From: Klebsormidium nitens
Taxonomy: Eukaryota > Plantae > Klebsormidiophyceae
DNA: 64,000 bases
Assembly: GCA_000708835.1 (NCBI GenBank)
Contig: DF237335.1
Coordinates: forward strand, 1-64,000
Direction of reading: 5' to 3'
The notes below the pieces were generated by a model. It saw nothing but the letters and a program-made list of their open reading frames with translations. It was not told the origin of the DNA and searched no databases. Shown piece by piece: positions 22,501-33,380 of the stretch (position 1 is the stretch's first letter; each line of letters starts with the position of its first letter). Both the position numbers and the translations under genes were made by a program.

Positions 22501-25500
22501 GACGACGTCATCCTCGTGCACGCCGGGCTCGGCGCGGTGGTTGCGCACCGCGAGGTGGGAGCCGACGCTGAACGCCAGGAGGACAGCTGGCGAGGATAGA
22601 AAAAGGATTAAGATCCGGGTAAGTACTATTGACACCAGAACTTGGGGAGAAAAATGAAGACATACATCAAGGGGAAGATCGTCTTGGCGCGGTGGTTGTT
22701 CACCGCAAGGTGGGAGCCGACGCCGAAGGCGAGGAGGAGAGCTGGCAAGAGAAGGAAAAGACGAGGTCGGATCCAGTTAGATGGTTGTGAACTTTGAGCA
22801 TCGGGGTTGAGGATATACGCGGTGCTGCTTTGTCCCACACATGAGAAGGAGCAAGATGGCACGCCCTCAAATGCTACATCGTTTGAAAGGATTTGTAGCC
22901 TTCTATTTATAGAGTACTTCTGGCCAGAGAGTGAAGTTTTGAACGACTCCCTTTCCAAGTGGCGAGGCAGAAGCCCAACGACTGGAAACCCGAAACGTCG
23001 TGGGCTTTTCTTCTTTGAAGCGGCCTTTCTCTTCACAGGCTTCTCGTCTGATTCACGAACCCCCAGTCTATAATTAACGTCCTTGCCAATCTCACAAAAC
23101 GACTGTTACTTTTACCAACACGTGGTGAGACAGGAGACCGACACCTTGAGCAGCCGGAACGTAACAGATCATGAGTTGGTTTTCCTCTTCCTACTTTTAA
23201 CCCCGAGTCCAACAGCTTCTCCTTGTCACAAGCGGCCCTCTTACCTACCACACGTGACACGAGAGAAGACCGACAAGTTGGACATCCAAAACGCACCACA
23301 AGTCCTATTTCTTCCCATTTGTTTCTGAACACCTTTGTCTGGTCGTTTCTCCATGCCAAGAGCAGCCCTCTTACCTAGACACGTGGCGAGAAAGAAGACG
23401 GACGACTTGGACAGCCGGAACGTCGTGGGTCACAAGTTCTTTTTCTTCTTAGTCTGTTTTGAAGCCTAAGACCTGGTCGTTTCTTCGTGCCTAAGGGTCG
23501 CCCTCTTACCTAGACACGTGGCAAGACAGAAGACCGACGACTTGGACAGTCGGAACGTCGTAAACCACGAGTAGATGGGCAGTCCAGCAGAGATGAAGAC
23601 AGCGGTCCCCGCCGCGATCGCCCAGCCGTAGTACGTCCCGTGCTGATACGGGCTGTTGCGAGACAGGCGGTCGTGCGGATGAGAGAGCGGCTCGCGGGCG
23701 ATGGTCACGCCCATACAGACGATCGAGCCGATGTTGACGAGGATCACGAGAACCATGAGAAGGTCCTGCAAGCGGAATGTGGAAACGGCTTGAGGGAAAT
23801 GGTGCCAGCGGAATGATGCAAGCGGAAGTCCGAGTTGGTTCCAAATCTGTGCAATTGAATTCGCAACGGGTCTACCCATGCAGATGATCGAGCCGATGTT
23901 GACGTGGATCACAAGAACCATCACAAGGTCCTGCAAAAAGAACTGGAAAAGAACTGGAATTTTGTTTCATGTGCACTGGAGTGCGCAATCTCTAAGCCCA
24001 TGCAGACGAATGAGCCAACGTTGACGAGGAGCACGAGTACCATCAAAAGTTCCTGCAGACGAAATTCGATAAAGTTGACTTATTTTGTGCCGTTGGCTTC
24101 GTAATGAGAAGACCCATGCAGACATCAAGCCGACGTTGACGAGGATCACGAGAACCATAAGCAGGTCCTGCGAGCAAAAAATGGTTCATATCTGTGCAAT
24201 TGACTTTGCAAGGAGAAGGCCCATGCAGGAAAGTGGAGCTGCTATTGACCAAAATCAAGAGAACCGTCAGCAGGTTCTGCGGGGCAGACAAGAATGGCTG
24301 AAACTATGTCTTTGACGACATCATCTGTTCAATACCTACGTGCGTAGCAGTAACTTTTCTGCAAGAGAAAAGTTGACCTCGGCTAGAAACTCGAACGCAA
24401 TCAGGGTGTCCGGAAAAGAAAGAGAGAAGAAGGACAGCTGATATTTTCGTTCCAAACTTGGAACATAAAGTGTGCCGATTCAGTTTGGAACACTGAGAAA
24501 GAGAGTCAGTGGTGAGGCTCATGCTTCCTGATGGAAACGACTTCGACCAGAACCAAGAGTTCACCGCAGAACATATTGGGGAGGCGGTACCATCAGGCTT
24601 AAGGACAGCTTGAAAACCGATTCAGTAAACATCAAGCTGATTTCGAGGGGAGACGGACAAGGGGCCGGCCATTGATGAGAGCTTTAAGGACGACAAGCAG
24701 GTCCTAAACAAGGGGGAACCAGGAAGCCCTCTTAAACCTCAGATTCAGAGAATGGGCATCTATTCCGAATTTTGGACTTGTTTTTGGGACCTGACCTCTA
24801 CTCGGAACTCTTGCCCACTTCAAGAGTTCTAAGACTGGAAATGATTTCAGAGTCTGCTTGAAGGGTGGATGAGAAACCGGACATGACTCCCAAAACTACC
24901 ACCGCTCACCTTCTTAGTGACCGCCAATCCCCCAAGACTGAAGAGCTGCCCCTCCATTGGCACCTTCCTCGGGGCGAAGAACTGGCACCCGTTCCCCAGC
25001 CATACCGGCCCGCCGACCGACAGACACGCCGCGAGGAACGGGAGCGTTATCGCGAGCGCAAAGATGATCGAACTGTTGGTCAGGTATGCGAGGAGGAGCC
25101 CCGTGGCCATCGAGACGGCCATTCCGCCGATTCCGCCCAGGACGACGCCCCACGAGGGGCGGAATCCGGCCTGGCGGAGGGAGCGCCAGTGGGCGGTGAG
25201 CACGGCGGCCAGGAAGGTGAAGAGTAGGCTCGCGATGCCGAACTCGTACTGCAACGGGGGGGTAGAAGAAGCTTGTCAAACGGGGGGGGGAGAAGGAAGA
25301 TTTTAGAAGAGGATGATATCTTGCAGGTGAACAGGAGGCTCGCTATGCCCGAACTCGTATTGCGGAATGGTGGGGTAAGAAATCAGTGGTCGATCATTTG
25401 GGGGGGGAAGGAGAAGATCATTCATCAAAGAATTAGGAAGGAGACACGGCCGACGATAAGGCAAGGTCTACAAGTCAAATCCTACTGCAAAGGGGTCAAG

Positions 25501-28500
25501 AATGGCTTGTTAAGCACAGCGGGAGCAAAGAGAAGCATCTTCTTATGACGGGTAAAAGTGTCAAACGATCTCGAAGTAGGGCGGCTCAACCTGCCAAGCA
25601 TCTTGATCCGGTTATACATTACCTTTGGACGACATGCGTTAGCACCACGCCAAGCTCGAGGGAGAGCAAACCCTTTGCAGGTTCGAAATCATGAAGACCC
25701 TATGTCTCAAGCAACCACATTACCGTTGCAATAAAATCCGTTCACACGAGCAAGGCGCAAGCGGCGGAGGTGTTACGGGGTTTACCTGCTCGTGCGGATC
25801 ATTGATGAGCTCCACTTTGGGGTGCGTCGAGAGCGCCATGAGAACCGTCTCCATCACAAACAGCAGCGTCAGCAGGCCCCACACTTTTCCGGGGGTCCCC
25901 GCCACAGCCAAAAGCGCCCCCCTAACCCGCTGCTCGCACGCGTGCCGCCGCTTCTCTGCGTCGCCCTGCTCAACCATCGCCTCCTCGGCCAGTGTCAAGC
26001 GCAGCAGGTCTTGTGGGGGCTTCTTCTCCTTGACACTCGCAGGCTCGGCGGGCAGGATCTCCCCGCTGTGGGGTGTGGTGTTGTATGCTATTTCGGACCC
26101 CCCGGGGAAAGCCCTGGGGGACTCGCTCTCCTGCCAGCCATTAACCCTCGGCGAATCGACCTTGCTAACCCCGTTCTGTCCGCCCCTAACCGCGCCGCCG
26201 AACACCGGGTTACCATACTGGACTCCTTGCGTAGAAGCCGAAACCCCACCGTTGGGCACTGGGTAACCATAGCTTAACCCGCTCTGCCCCACCGTCACTC
26301 CGCCGTTATCATACTGAAGCCCGCGCTCTTGCCCCCCGACTGCGCCGTTATTGAGCGGGTTTGCATAACTAAACCCCGGATGCCCCCCCCGGGTCATGTT
26401 TTGCGCCATCGGCATGCCGTAGCTCGTCCCCACCCCCGCACCAGAAGCTGCATCACGCTCTCCGAGATGCCCCCCCTCGTCGATCCCCCCACTCGACCAG
26501 CGTCGGGGAGAGTCTCCATCTCTCGCCATCTCAACCTCGCCCCCTTTCGCCCCCCGTAGAAGCGTGTACCGATCGGCCCCCCCACTGCTCACTCTATTCG
26601 CCTCCCTCAAAACCCCACCCGAAGTCGCCCCTGGACCGCTTGCCCCCACCGCCACGGCTCTCGCGTCCCTCGCCCGTTCCACTCCCACACGATCCTCCGA
26701 AACCCGCCCCAGACCGGTTTGGGCCCCTAACCCACTCTTCACCTTATTCGCTTCCCTCAACCCCACTCTCTCCCTTTCCCCTCCAGAACTACTCCCACTT
26801 CCCATGCGCCGCGCGCCCCCGACAACCGAATCTAGGTCCGAAGACGAGGCCGAAAAGCTGCCCTCGAGAGAGCTCTCGCGGACGAAGCTCAGTCTGTTGG
26901 GCGGTTCTCGGTGCAAGTTCGTGGCCAAGTGACCGGAGAGGACCTGGCTGTGAGTGGGCGTCTGGAACGCGCCGCGCAGCTTCTCGATCGTGTCCCGGAA
27001 CAGCTGCCGCCGCATCTCGCTCTCGCTGACCACGGGGAAGAAGCGCATCATGGCCGCGATCGCGAGAAGCGACCCGACGAGGACGTACGCGAGGCAATGC
27101 CCGAGGAACCAGTAGTTAATCCCGAAGCTGATGAGGAGCAATCGGTACGCGCAGACCAGGAGCAGCGCCTGCGCGGGGGTCCTCAGCGGCGGCTTGACCA
27201 GGATCTTGTTGCTCTTGCGCTCTTTCAGCGGTTTGCGCAGCGACGCCTCGTACTCGGCCGCTTGCAGCAGGAACGAACCGGTCACGCAGTCGAGCACGAT
27301 GAGCGCGGTCGAGGTGATGAACCCCAGCCACCGGGCCTTGTCCGCCGTGTAATAGTAGACGATTGAGTAGATGAGGAGAGTGAGAGCGGACGCGCTGTAG
27401 AGCAGCTTGTCGTTCTTGCGCTTCCGCCTGAGGCGCGCGTCGGTCTCGCAGTTGGGCACCTGGGGCGGGTCTGCGGGCTGGCCCTCTAGGAGGAGGCCGG
27501 ACTGGGACTTGAGCAGCACGCCCGTCTGCAATCAGTGAAGGAATATATCAGCATTAGTCACTGCTTTGTTATTAGTGTTTTGCAGACGGGGTTGAGAGAA
27601 CAGGGGGCTTTTAGATGGCAGACAAAAGCAGCACGAAATCACCAGACGTGTCAGTTCGCTTTGAACTGAAACAGAAGCCAGAAGCCTGGAGCCTGAAGCC
27701 CCGAAGCACGAAGCCCAGAACAGTAAATCAAGCAATGAGAGGCAAAGCGAAATAATGAAAAGGCTTGACTACAAGACGCGAGCTCATATCTCACCCTGCA
27801 ATCGACCTTTTGCGAAGTAGTTGCATAAAGGTGTGCTTAAACCCGCTCTGAATCTGCTATTCACCAGACCTCCTGATTCCAAGTGGTCATACTGGCTGTT
27901 ATTCCTCTCGCTGATCATCAAACCCACAAACGAGTCGTTTCTCAAACTACACCCATAAGAAGACCGACCCCACTTTCCCGCTGTTGCGAAGGCAAACGCA
28001 GAAAGGCATGCCAATCACAGTTGGAAGACAAAACCTAACACTTGATGCGGCACCCTTGTCCGTCTTCTTTCCACAATGTCCCCGGAGATGCTCACTCCTC
28101 CGATATATAGCATGCACGCATAGAAACATGCCTTGCATACACCCAGTGGTCTACGCGACCCTGAAAATCCTACACACCTTATTCTGGCCCCCATGCAAAG
28201 TTGACTTCTGGACAATCGAGGCGTCAGACCTGCTCTGACTCCTGGCATCAATAGCATCCTAAGCTCTAAACCAATCCCTGCATCCCTAAGCTCCCCACCT
28301 TTCCTCCAGATCACAGCCCTGGGTTCAGGGTCATAAGAGCTGAGCCCTTCTTAGTTTCAAGGTCCTGAAAACTTGCAATTTAAGAATTCCCTCACCTTGG
28401 ACAGAGTCCGCGCGTACAGGTATGCTTGTGTCACCCACTCGTCCACGTTCAAGCCCGGACCACTGAACACCATCTTGATCAGGGGGAGGAGGTCAATCCC

Positions 28501-31500
28501 GACAACAATGGCGGAGATGCCAAAGAAGTAGCCGGAGCTTTCGGTAGGTATGCTGGAGTTGCGGATGCCAGTATTGATGTAAACGGCCGCGACCTCGTAC
28601 GCGCACAACAGGAGGACGGCAACGAACAGGAGGCCAGACGCCGCGCCTGCACACAGAGGTTTTCCGAATCTGACTCTTTGACCAATGGCTGGAAGTGCTT
28701 GATAGAGTGCCACAGAATGCCAATCAGGAGCGATTGACATGATCTTGCAGATCATATTTGGTACCCTAGATTGTCGTTGGGAGGAAGGCTCGAAATTGTG
28801 CCCCAGAAGTTGGACGAAAGGAAACGACTATTGAGAGCCTTCTCCAGAAAGAGGCTACAAAGAGGGAGTTGAGCGAGGGCAATGCAGCGAAAACTGCAAG
28901 AATGATTGTCCTTCCTGGTTCCGCAAGGGCACAGGGAAGGAGAATGGATGACGGGGCAAACAGCTAGCCTGGACGCAGAAAGCAAAGCCTACAGCAAGAA
29001 AACCAGTCACGACGTCGATCATGATTTCTATCGGAGCACATGCTGGAACCTTCTGCAACTCTCTAGGATTTGTGAAAAGCGGCATTGCCACTCACGGGAG
29101 CTTTGCCACTTGGACTTTGATCATGATCTTTATCAGAGAACATGTTCAGATCCTTCTGAAACTTTCTACGATTTGCGAAAAGCGGCATTGCCACTCACGG
29201 GAGCTTTGCCATTTGGTCTTGTACCATAGCCCGAGAGCGTACAGCGCGAGCAGAAGCGCTGTTCCGGGCATCATCACCGCTAACCCGATGCTGTTAGGAT
29301 TGATGACCCGGATCAGCTCCGCGCCCCAGGCGAGTGACATGGCAACGGGAGAGATCACGGCCGCCCACGCAATGAAAGCTGTCGCGCCGCAGATGGTCCC
29401 GAGGAGGACGCCCTCGAGACAGGCGGGCCAGTTCAGAGAGTACACCCAACTGCAAGACAAGGAGAGGTGTGAATGAGCAGTGCAAAGGAGGACTTTCTTA
29501 GGGCCGTGGATTTGGTATTCAGGGGGTGCGGAAGAAGATTGGATAAGGAGTGCCAACACTTTCAGGAGCGCAAGTGCCTGATTGGAGGGGTGTGGAAGAG
29601 AGCTGGGGAACGTGAAATACTGGAGGGGTGCCAATAGAAGCTGGGAAGAATGAGATGAAGCAACTCGGAAAGAGGGGGGAATTCTGGACTGTACCGGTGG
29701 ACGGGGGTGAAACGAACCAGCTGTGTTACTGGAAAGGCTGAGAAGTGAGATATAGAGTTACGAGAAAGGCCCCCCTCACCCCCTCCCTTCCCCTTTCTTG
29801 GTGCCTCTGCTCTATGTCAGTGGCTGCATTGCATTTGACCAGGAAAGACCTTCTTCCAAAAAAGCCTCCTATACTTGTGCCCCTGTCCTATAAAGCCCAT
29901 TGCCAGCAGATCAGTACTTTGAATAACAGCAAAGAGCGAAGCAGAAATGGGCAACTTTTGACGCGGAAAAAAGTGCATGACATAGCAGAACTCCGAAGCA
30001 GGCCTCCACACTGAGAATGCAGCCAAATCCGGACTGTTCCAGACACATGCTTGGGAGTCTGGCCTGAGGCGCACTGTCTCGGGGCCAAAAGACTGCAAGG
30101 AGAATCAAAGATTCAACAAGCCTTTTCGGGGCCCAGTCAGACTGAGGTCAGACACGAGGAAAGCGATGTGACAGAAAATGCATGGACGAAGAGCCGCTCC
30201 CTGCACAAGCACAGTTCGAGGAGACAGTATGTGCAGGAATTTGAGTTTTGCGCGGTCAAGATAAGACCTCTGGCAACCTCTCATCTCCTTGAGCAAAGGA
30301 AGTCCGCAGAAGGAGTGTAAATCCGCCGTCTGCATGCTGCTGCATGAGCTCAGCATTGCGTGGACGCACCAGAACGAACCAACATGGGCAAAAAGGATCT
30401 GAACAGGCTGACTGCTTTGTTGACAGTCTTTTGCAACTGTCGTCAACAGTCATTGAAAGGACAACGAACAATCTGACCTCAAAACTTAGTCATCAACAAC
30501 CGAGTTTACGCAGACGTCTCAGACGTCTCCAACTGCACCGCAGCCCCATTCGATCACAATGCAAAGGGTGCTTGCCCAAGCTTGCAACTGGAGACAGCCG
30601 TGCTGAATCTGCGCCGTCGACATGCAGACTTTCTGTCCCCGAGACCTAGAGTTCGTCAGCCTTCCATTTGCATGGGTTGATAAGGATCCAATTTAGAAAG
30701 CAGCAAACGGCCCCACTTGACACGTTTTGGACTTTTCTCGGGAATCTTGCAACGACTTCTGGGTTTTGCAACAACTCCCGAGTGGCAAATGCATTCGACA
30801 GAATGCCCGGAAAATGAGGTGCAAGAATCCGCGGCAAGAAGAGAGCAACTCATGATGCGACAAACTGTAACACATCCCTTCAGTTCTCCACAGACTTTCT
30901 CTCCACAATTGTACTCTGACACACTGAGAATGTTGGGGCTTATATCAAGCCAGGCTGAAAATGGAAGCACCTCAAGCTCAAGGTTGAAGCAGACAAGCTC
31001 CGCAAAGGCCACAAAGCAGGGGCAATGAGGAGATCATACCCGTATCTCGAACTTTCAGTACTGCGAGCCTTCCTTCAGCCCAAACAAAATGTAAGCAACA
31101 TCAAGAATCCTGGTACATAAGCTGGAGAGAGATAAGGGCATAGAAACTTGCCCGTGGATTCTTCTCCCAAGCGAGAGAGTACACAAACGTTTGAGTCTTG
31201 ATACAGAAGCTGGAGACATTAGCTCATAGCAGCCTGCCCGGCCATCGTGCACGGTCGTCATCTGACCCTCAGGTTGATCACCAGAGTCTCCAAGAACAGC
31301 AAAAAGAAAGCAATTTTTGAGAATTGGACTTCATAGCGGGAGACATACGGGCACGGTGACTTGCCTGTAAATCCTCCAAGGTCGCCATCCCACCCGCAGG
31401 TTGATCAGCAGAGACACCAGGAACAGCCCGCCCAACAACAGACCGTCCCGGAAGCAGACCGCACGGATGCTCCGGGGGTCTGACAGCGAGGTGCTCGCAT

Positions 31501-31621
31501 GCACGTAGCTCACGTGAAACCCTGGAATCCCGCTTGCGTGTCTCAGGGCAATCTGGTCAGGGTTGCGCCACCCAGGGTTGTCCATACTGGTGGGCGCACC
31601 CACCGGTGTGCCGGCTTCCAT
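7518..31621 (-). CDS. DEK1: Phytocalpain DEFECTIVE KERNEL 1 (multi-pass membrane domain + loop, LG3/laminin-G-like linker, CysPc, C2L), ~2344 aa
   Basis: 22 exons (minus): 31621-31365, 29449-29199, 28646-28396, 27525-25786, 25248-24910, 23765-23510, 22586-22324, 21751-21586, 21126-20801, 20221-19932, 19442-19140, 18273-18132, 17399-17097, 16349-16139, 14710-14464, 13901-13715, 12740-12564, 11701-11498, 10492-10286, 9590-9366, 8801-8655, 8060-7518. Total 7035 nt with consistent phases. DEK1 hallmarks: [36 protein letters not shown] (Cys), QGHAYS (His), QIRNPW (Asn), DYVNTREV. The exon-15 donor (14464) is the least certain boundary. Confidence 0.97.
8905..9285 (-). repeat. Intronic echoes of DEK1 exon-20 3' end (2 copies) and an exon-21 internal fragment
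   Basis: Copies of the [28 protein letters not shown] coding DNA at ~9280-9200 (donor GTGAGT) and ~9080-8989 (GCGAGT). [11 protein letters not shown]-like copy at ~8968-8905. Confidence 0.9.
9718..9959 (-). repeat. Two intronic echoes of DEK1 exon-20 5' end, with acceptors
   Basis: 9792-9718 encodes [25 protein letters not shown] and 9959-9885 encodes [25 protein letters not shown]; each is preceded by GCAG. Confidence 0.95.
10995..11800 (-). repeat. Echoes around DEK1 exon 18 (catalytic Cys exon): three 3' copies and one 5' copy
   Basis: 11387-11307 [27 protein letters not shown]|GTAGGA; ~11200-11121 copy ending |GTGTGG; degenerate copy ~11035-10995; ACCAG|GTGGCGAAGACGTGGAAGCGC at 11797-11775. 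Confidence 0.9.
12258..12905 (-). repeat. Echoes of DEK1 exon-17 ends
   Basis: 3' copies (IFIDxNQP...|GT) at ~12450-12400 and ~12300-12258; 5' copy CCGCAG|TTCGAGGAG (FEELVADMN vs [10 protein letters not shown]) at 12901. Confidence 0.8.
13970..14280 (-). repeat. Echoes of DEK1 exon-16 acceptor region
   Basis: GCAG|GATC..CATGG copies starting at 14110 and 14250 and sharing the intronic tgacgtcagc motif (read on +) with the real acceptor region. Confidence 0.65.
14815..15180 (-). repeat. Three ~155-bp tandem units echoing DEK1 exon-15 5' end
   Basis: CAG|ATGC.AACCAGTACCACTGGACC ([13 protein letters not shown]) starts at 14710 (real), 14868, 15020 and 15172. Confidence 0.95.
15870..16120 (+). 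repeat. ~20-21-bp periodic TTCGGAC(A/G)C array with a 41-bp higher-order duplication (DEK1 intron 14)
   Basis: cggacgcttcacaacaagttcggacacccaacaatcacatt occurs twice nearly exactly; the core motif recurs about every 20 bp. Confidence 0.85.
16341..16615 (-). repeat. ~48-bp tandem units copying the DEK1 exon-14 acceptor
   Basis: gatgaattcctgcgaaaagcagcgggg-like units (read on +) at 16341, 16388, 16452, 16501, 16549 and a partial unit near 16597. Confidence 0.85.
18660..18980 (-). repeat. Two echoes of DEK1 exon-11 3' end with donors
   Basis: GCCAAGCTG....GAGCGAGA|GTGAGT at ~18980-18937 and ~18705-18670, matching the real end at 19140. Confidence 0.85.
21295..22110 (-). repeat. Echo arrays on both sides of DEK1 exon 8
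   Basis: Four ~70-bp 3' units (GVGWKS-like, 21545-21295). Two 5' units start at 21946 ([24 protein letters not shown]) and 22104 ([21 protein letters not shown]), both after an AG. Confidence 0.9.
22685..24280 (-). repeat. Echo arrays around DEK1 exons 6 and 7
   Basis: Exon-7 5' copy at 22741 ([20 protein letters not shown]); four exon-6 3' copies at 23430-22950 ([17 protein letters not shown]|GTAAGA etc.); four exon-6 5' copies starting at 23930, 24052, 24167 and 24276, each after GCAG. Confidence 0.92.
29020..29200 (-). repeat. ~103-bp duplication spanning the DEK1 exon-2 donor
   Basis: TGGCAAAGCTCCC|GTGAGTGGCAATGCCGCTTTTC occurs at exon ends 29199 (real) and 29096 (copy). Confidence 0.9.
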
Positions 31622-32631
31622 CTCAGACTCTGAGTTTTTCTGGAAGTGGATTTGACCGTGTAACAACACAGGGTTTGAGCAGGTTCAACGTGTTGCTTCT
31701 TTTGTCTCCATTCTGCGTGATCCGGCTTGGGCCTAGACTAGCAGGACACTCTGCGGGCTGACTCGATTAACAACCAGATGTAGCAACGAGCGGTTCGACT
31801 ACAATTCGGCCAGACGCATTTGTAGCTGTGTAGCCTAGACCTTGAACCAATTTCAGGACAGCAAGGTAATCAGTCTTTTCCACGATCGTCCCAATCCCTG
31901 GAGCCTGGAGGTGGACTCTTCAGTCTTTGAGAGAGCATTTTTTTGCACAGGCCTGCCCAGGAATGTCTTCTAATTTTTTGTTGCTGCTGATTCTCCTAGA
32001 AGTCAACGTGCTCAGCCGCTTCAAAGCGCGCTGCGGTCGCTCTCTGACCTCACAAAACATTGCACCACGACAGACAATGCAGCTCCAAGTCCAGACGTCT
32101 TGCAAGTCCCATTGAGGCGGTTCAGGAGGGCTTGAACGTGACGTCTCCTTGCCAGCCTTGCCTGTCTCACCTCCCCAGGCTTCGCCGCGCCGCCTGCAGA
32201 GTGCTAGCCTTTGTCGCGTTGCCAGCTGTCCCTTGAATCTGCTCAGCACCTTCCTCTTCATTTGCTTCGGCTGACATCAACGTCGCCTTTGGTTGTTGCA
32301 TTCCGCCGGATCGGAAGGGCTACCCGCCCGGGTATGAATACCGGTACCTACTCTGCCGCAGGCCATGGGGGAGCGCCGCTTATCTCGAACACAACTTCCG
32401 CCCGATTTCATGCCAAGGTGCAACGGGAGTCCGGCTCCGGCTGCTAGCTGCACGTGTTCCGCCGGAAATATTTTTGTGGGGAGAGAGGGACCATGCATAG
32501 GTACTGCCTGGTTCTACATGCAGGCTATCAAGCTACAATAATATTGTATGATGATCCTTTGCACCAGATCTTCTTGATCGAAGCTTTGGCAACGTCAAAA
32601 GATGTTTTGAAGGCGAAGAGTACGAGCTTAA

Positions 32632-33380
32632 GGTGGTAGGACGGTATTCGACAGTGGGAGCACATTCAAAACCCTATATCTTCATGTAGACATCATGGAA
32701 TCGCATTCCGTTTTTTTGAGGTGGTTGGGGGCATTGAAAGGCATCTTTAGGAGCCCCTCAACCTGTGATACAACATGCCAAAGCAAATCGAAGCACGTGA
32801 CAAAGTGGCAAAATGTGCAGTTTCCGCTGCAGGACCCCCCCGGCAAAACGGCTTTATGGCAATATTTTTGAAAGATAGAATCTGCTCGGAAGGGAGGCAT
32901 TCAACATGGGGGGAAGCTAGGATGTCAAAACATTTTTTTGTAGCCCAACTTATAAGGCGGTGTACCAAATACCACCATGTTTTTCCGGAAAACGTCTGTT
33001 TTGTGCAGTTTTGGGAGATTTCCGGAAAAACATGGTGGTATTTGGTACACCGCCTTAGAAGTTGGGCTACAAAAAATGTTTTGACATCCCAGCTTCCCCC
33101 CATGTTGAATGCCTCCCTTCCGAGCAAATTCTATCTTTCAAAAATATTCCTATAAAGCCGTTTTGCCGGGGGGGTCCTGCAGCGAAAACTGCACATCTTG
33201 CCAACTTGTCATGTGCTTCGATTTGCTTTGGCATGTTGTATCACAGGTTGAGGGGCTTCTAAAGATGCCTTTCAATGCCTCCAACCACCTCGAAAAAACG
33301 GAATGCGATTCCATGATGTCTACATGAAGATATGATAGGGTTTTGAATGCGCTCCCATTGTCGAATACCGTCCTACCACC
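32632..33380. mobile_element. Non-autonomous foldback element (MITE) with TTAA target duplication and GG...CC ends, Kolobok-like
   Basis: TTAA at 32628-32631 and 33381-33384. Arms 32632-32991 and 33019-33380 (~360 bp, about 95% identical by eye) begin GGTGGTAGGACGGTATTCGACA; 27-nt spacer; no transposase ORF. TTAA plus 5'-RR ends fits Kolobok; piggyBac ends are typically CC. Confidence 0.9.

Noticed and set aside
7548-27366. Many long plus-strand ORFs overlapping DEK1 exons (for example 7548-8114, 25691-26266, 26911-27366)
   Set aside because: Antisense shadows of GC-rich coding exons with no recognisable motifs.
32230-32260. 17/21 nt match to RIQ exon 2 (KVLSR)
   Set aside because: Many such matches are expected by chance in 64 kb; no extended homology.
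32682-33327. Paired near-identical ORFs on opposite strands
   Set aside because: A by-product of the inverted arms of the foldback element; no protein motifs.
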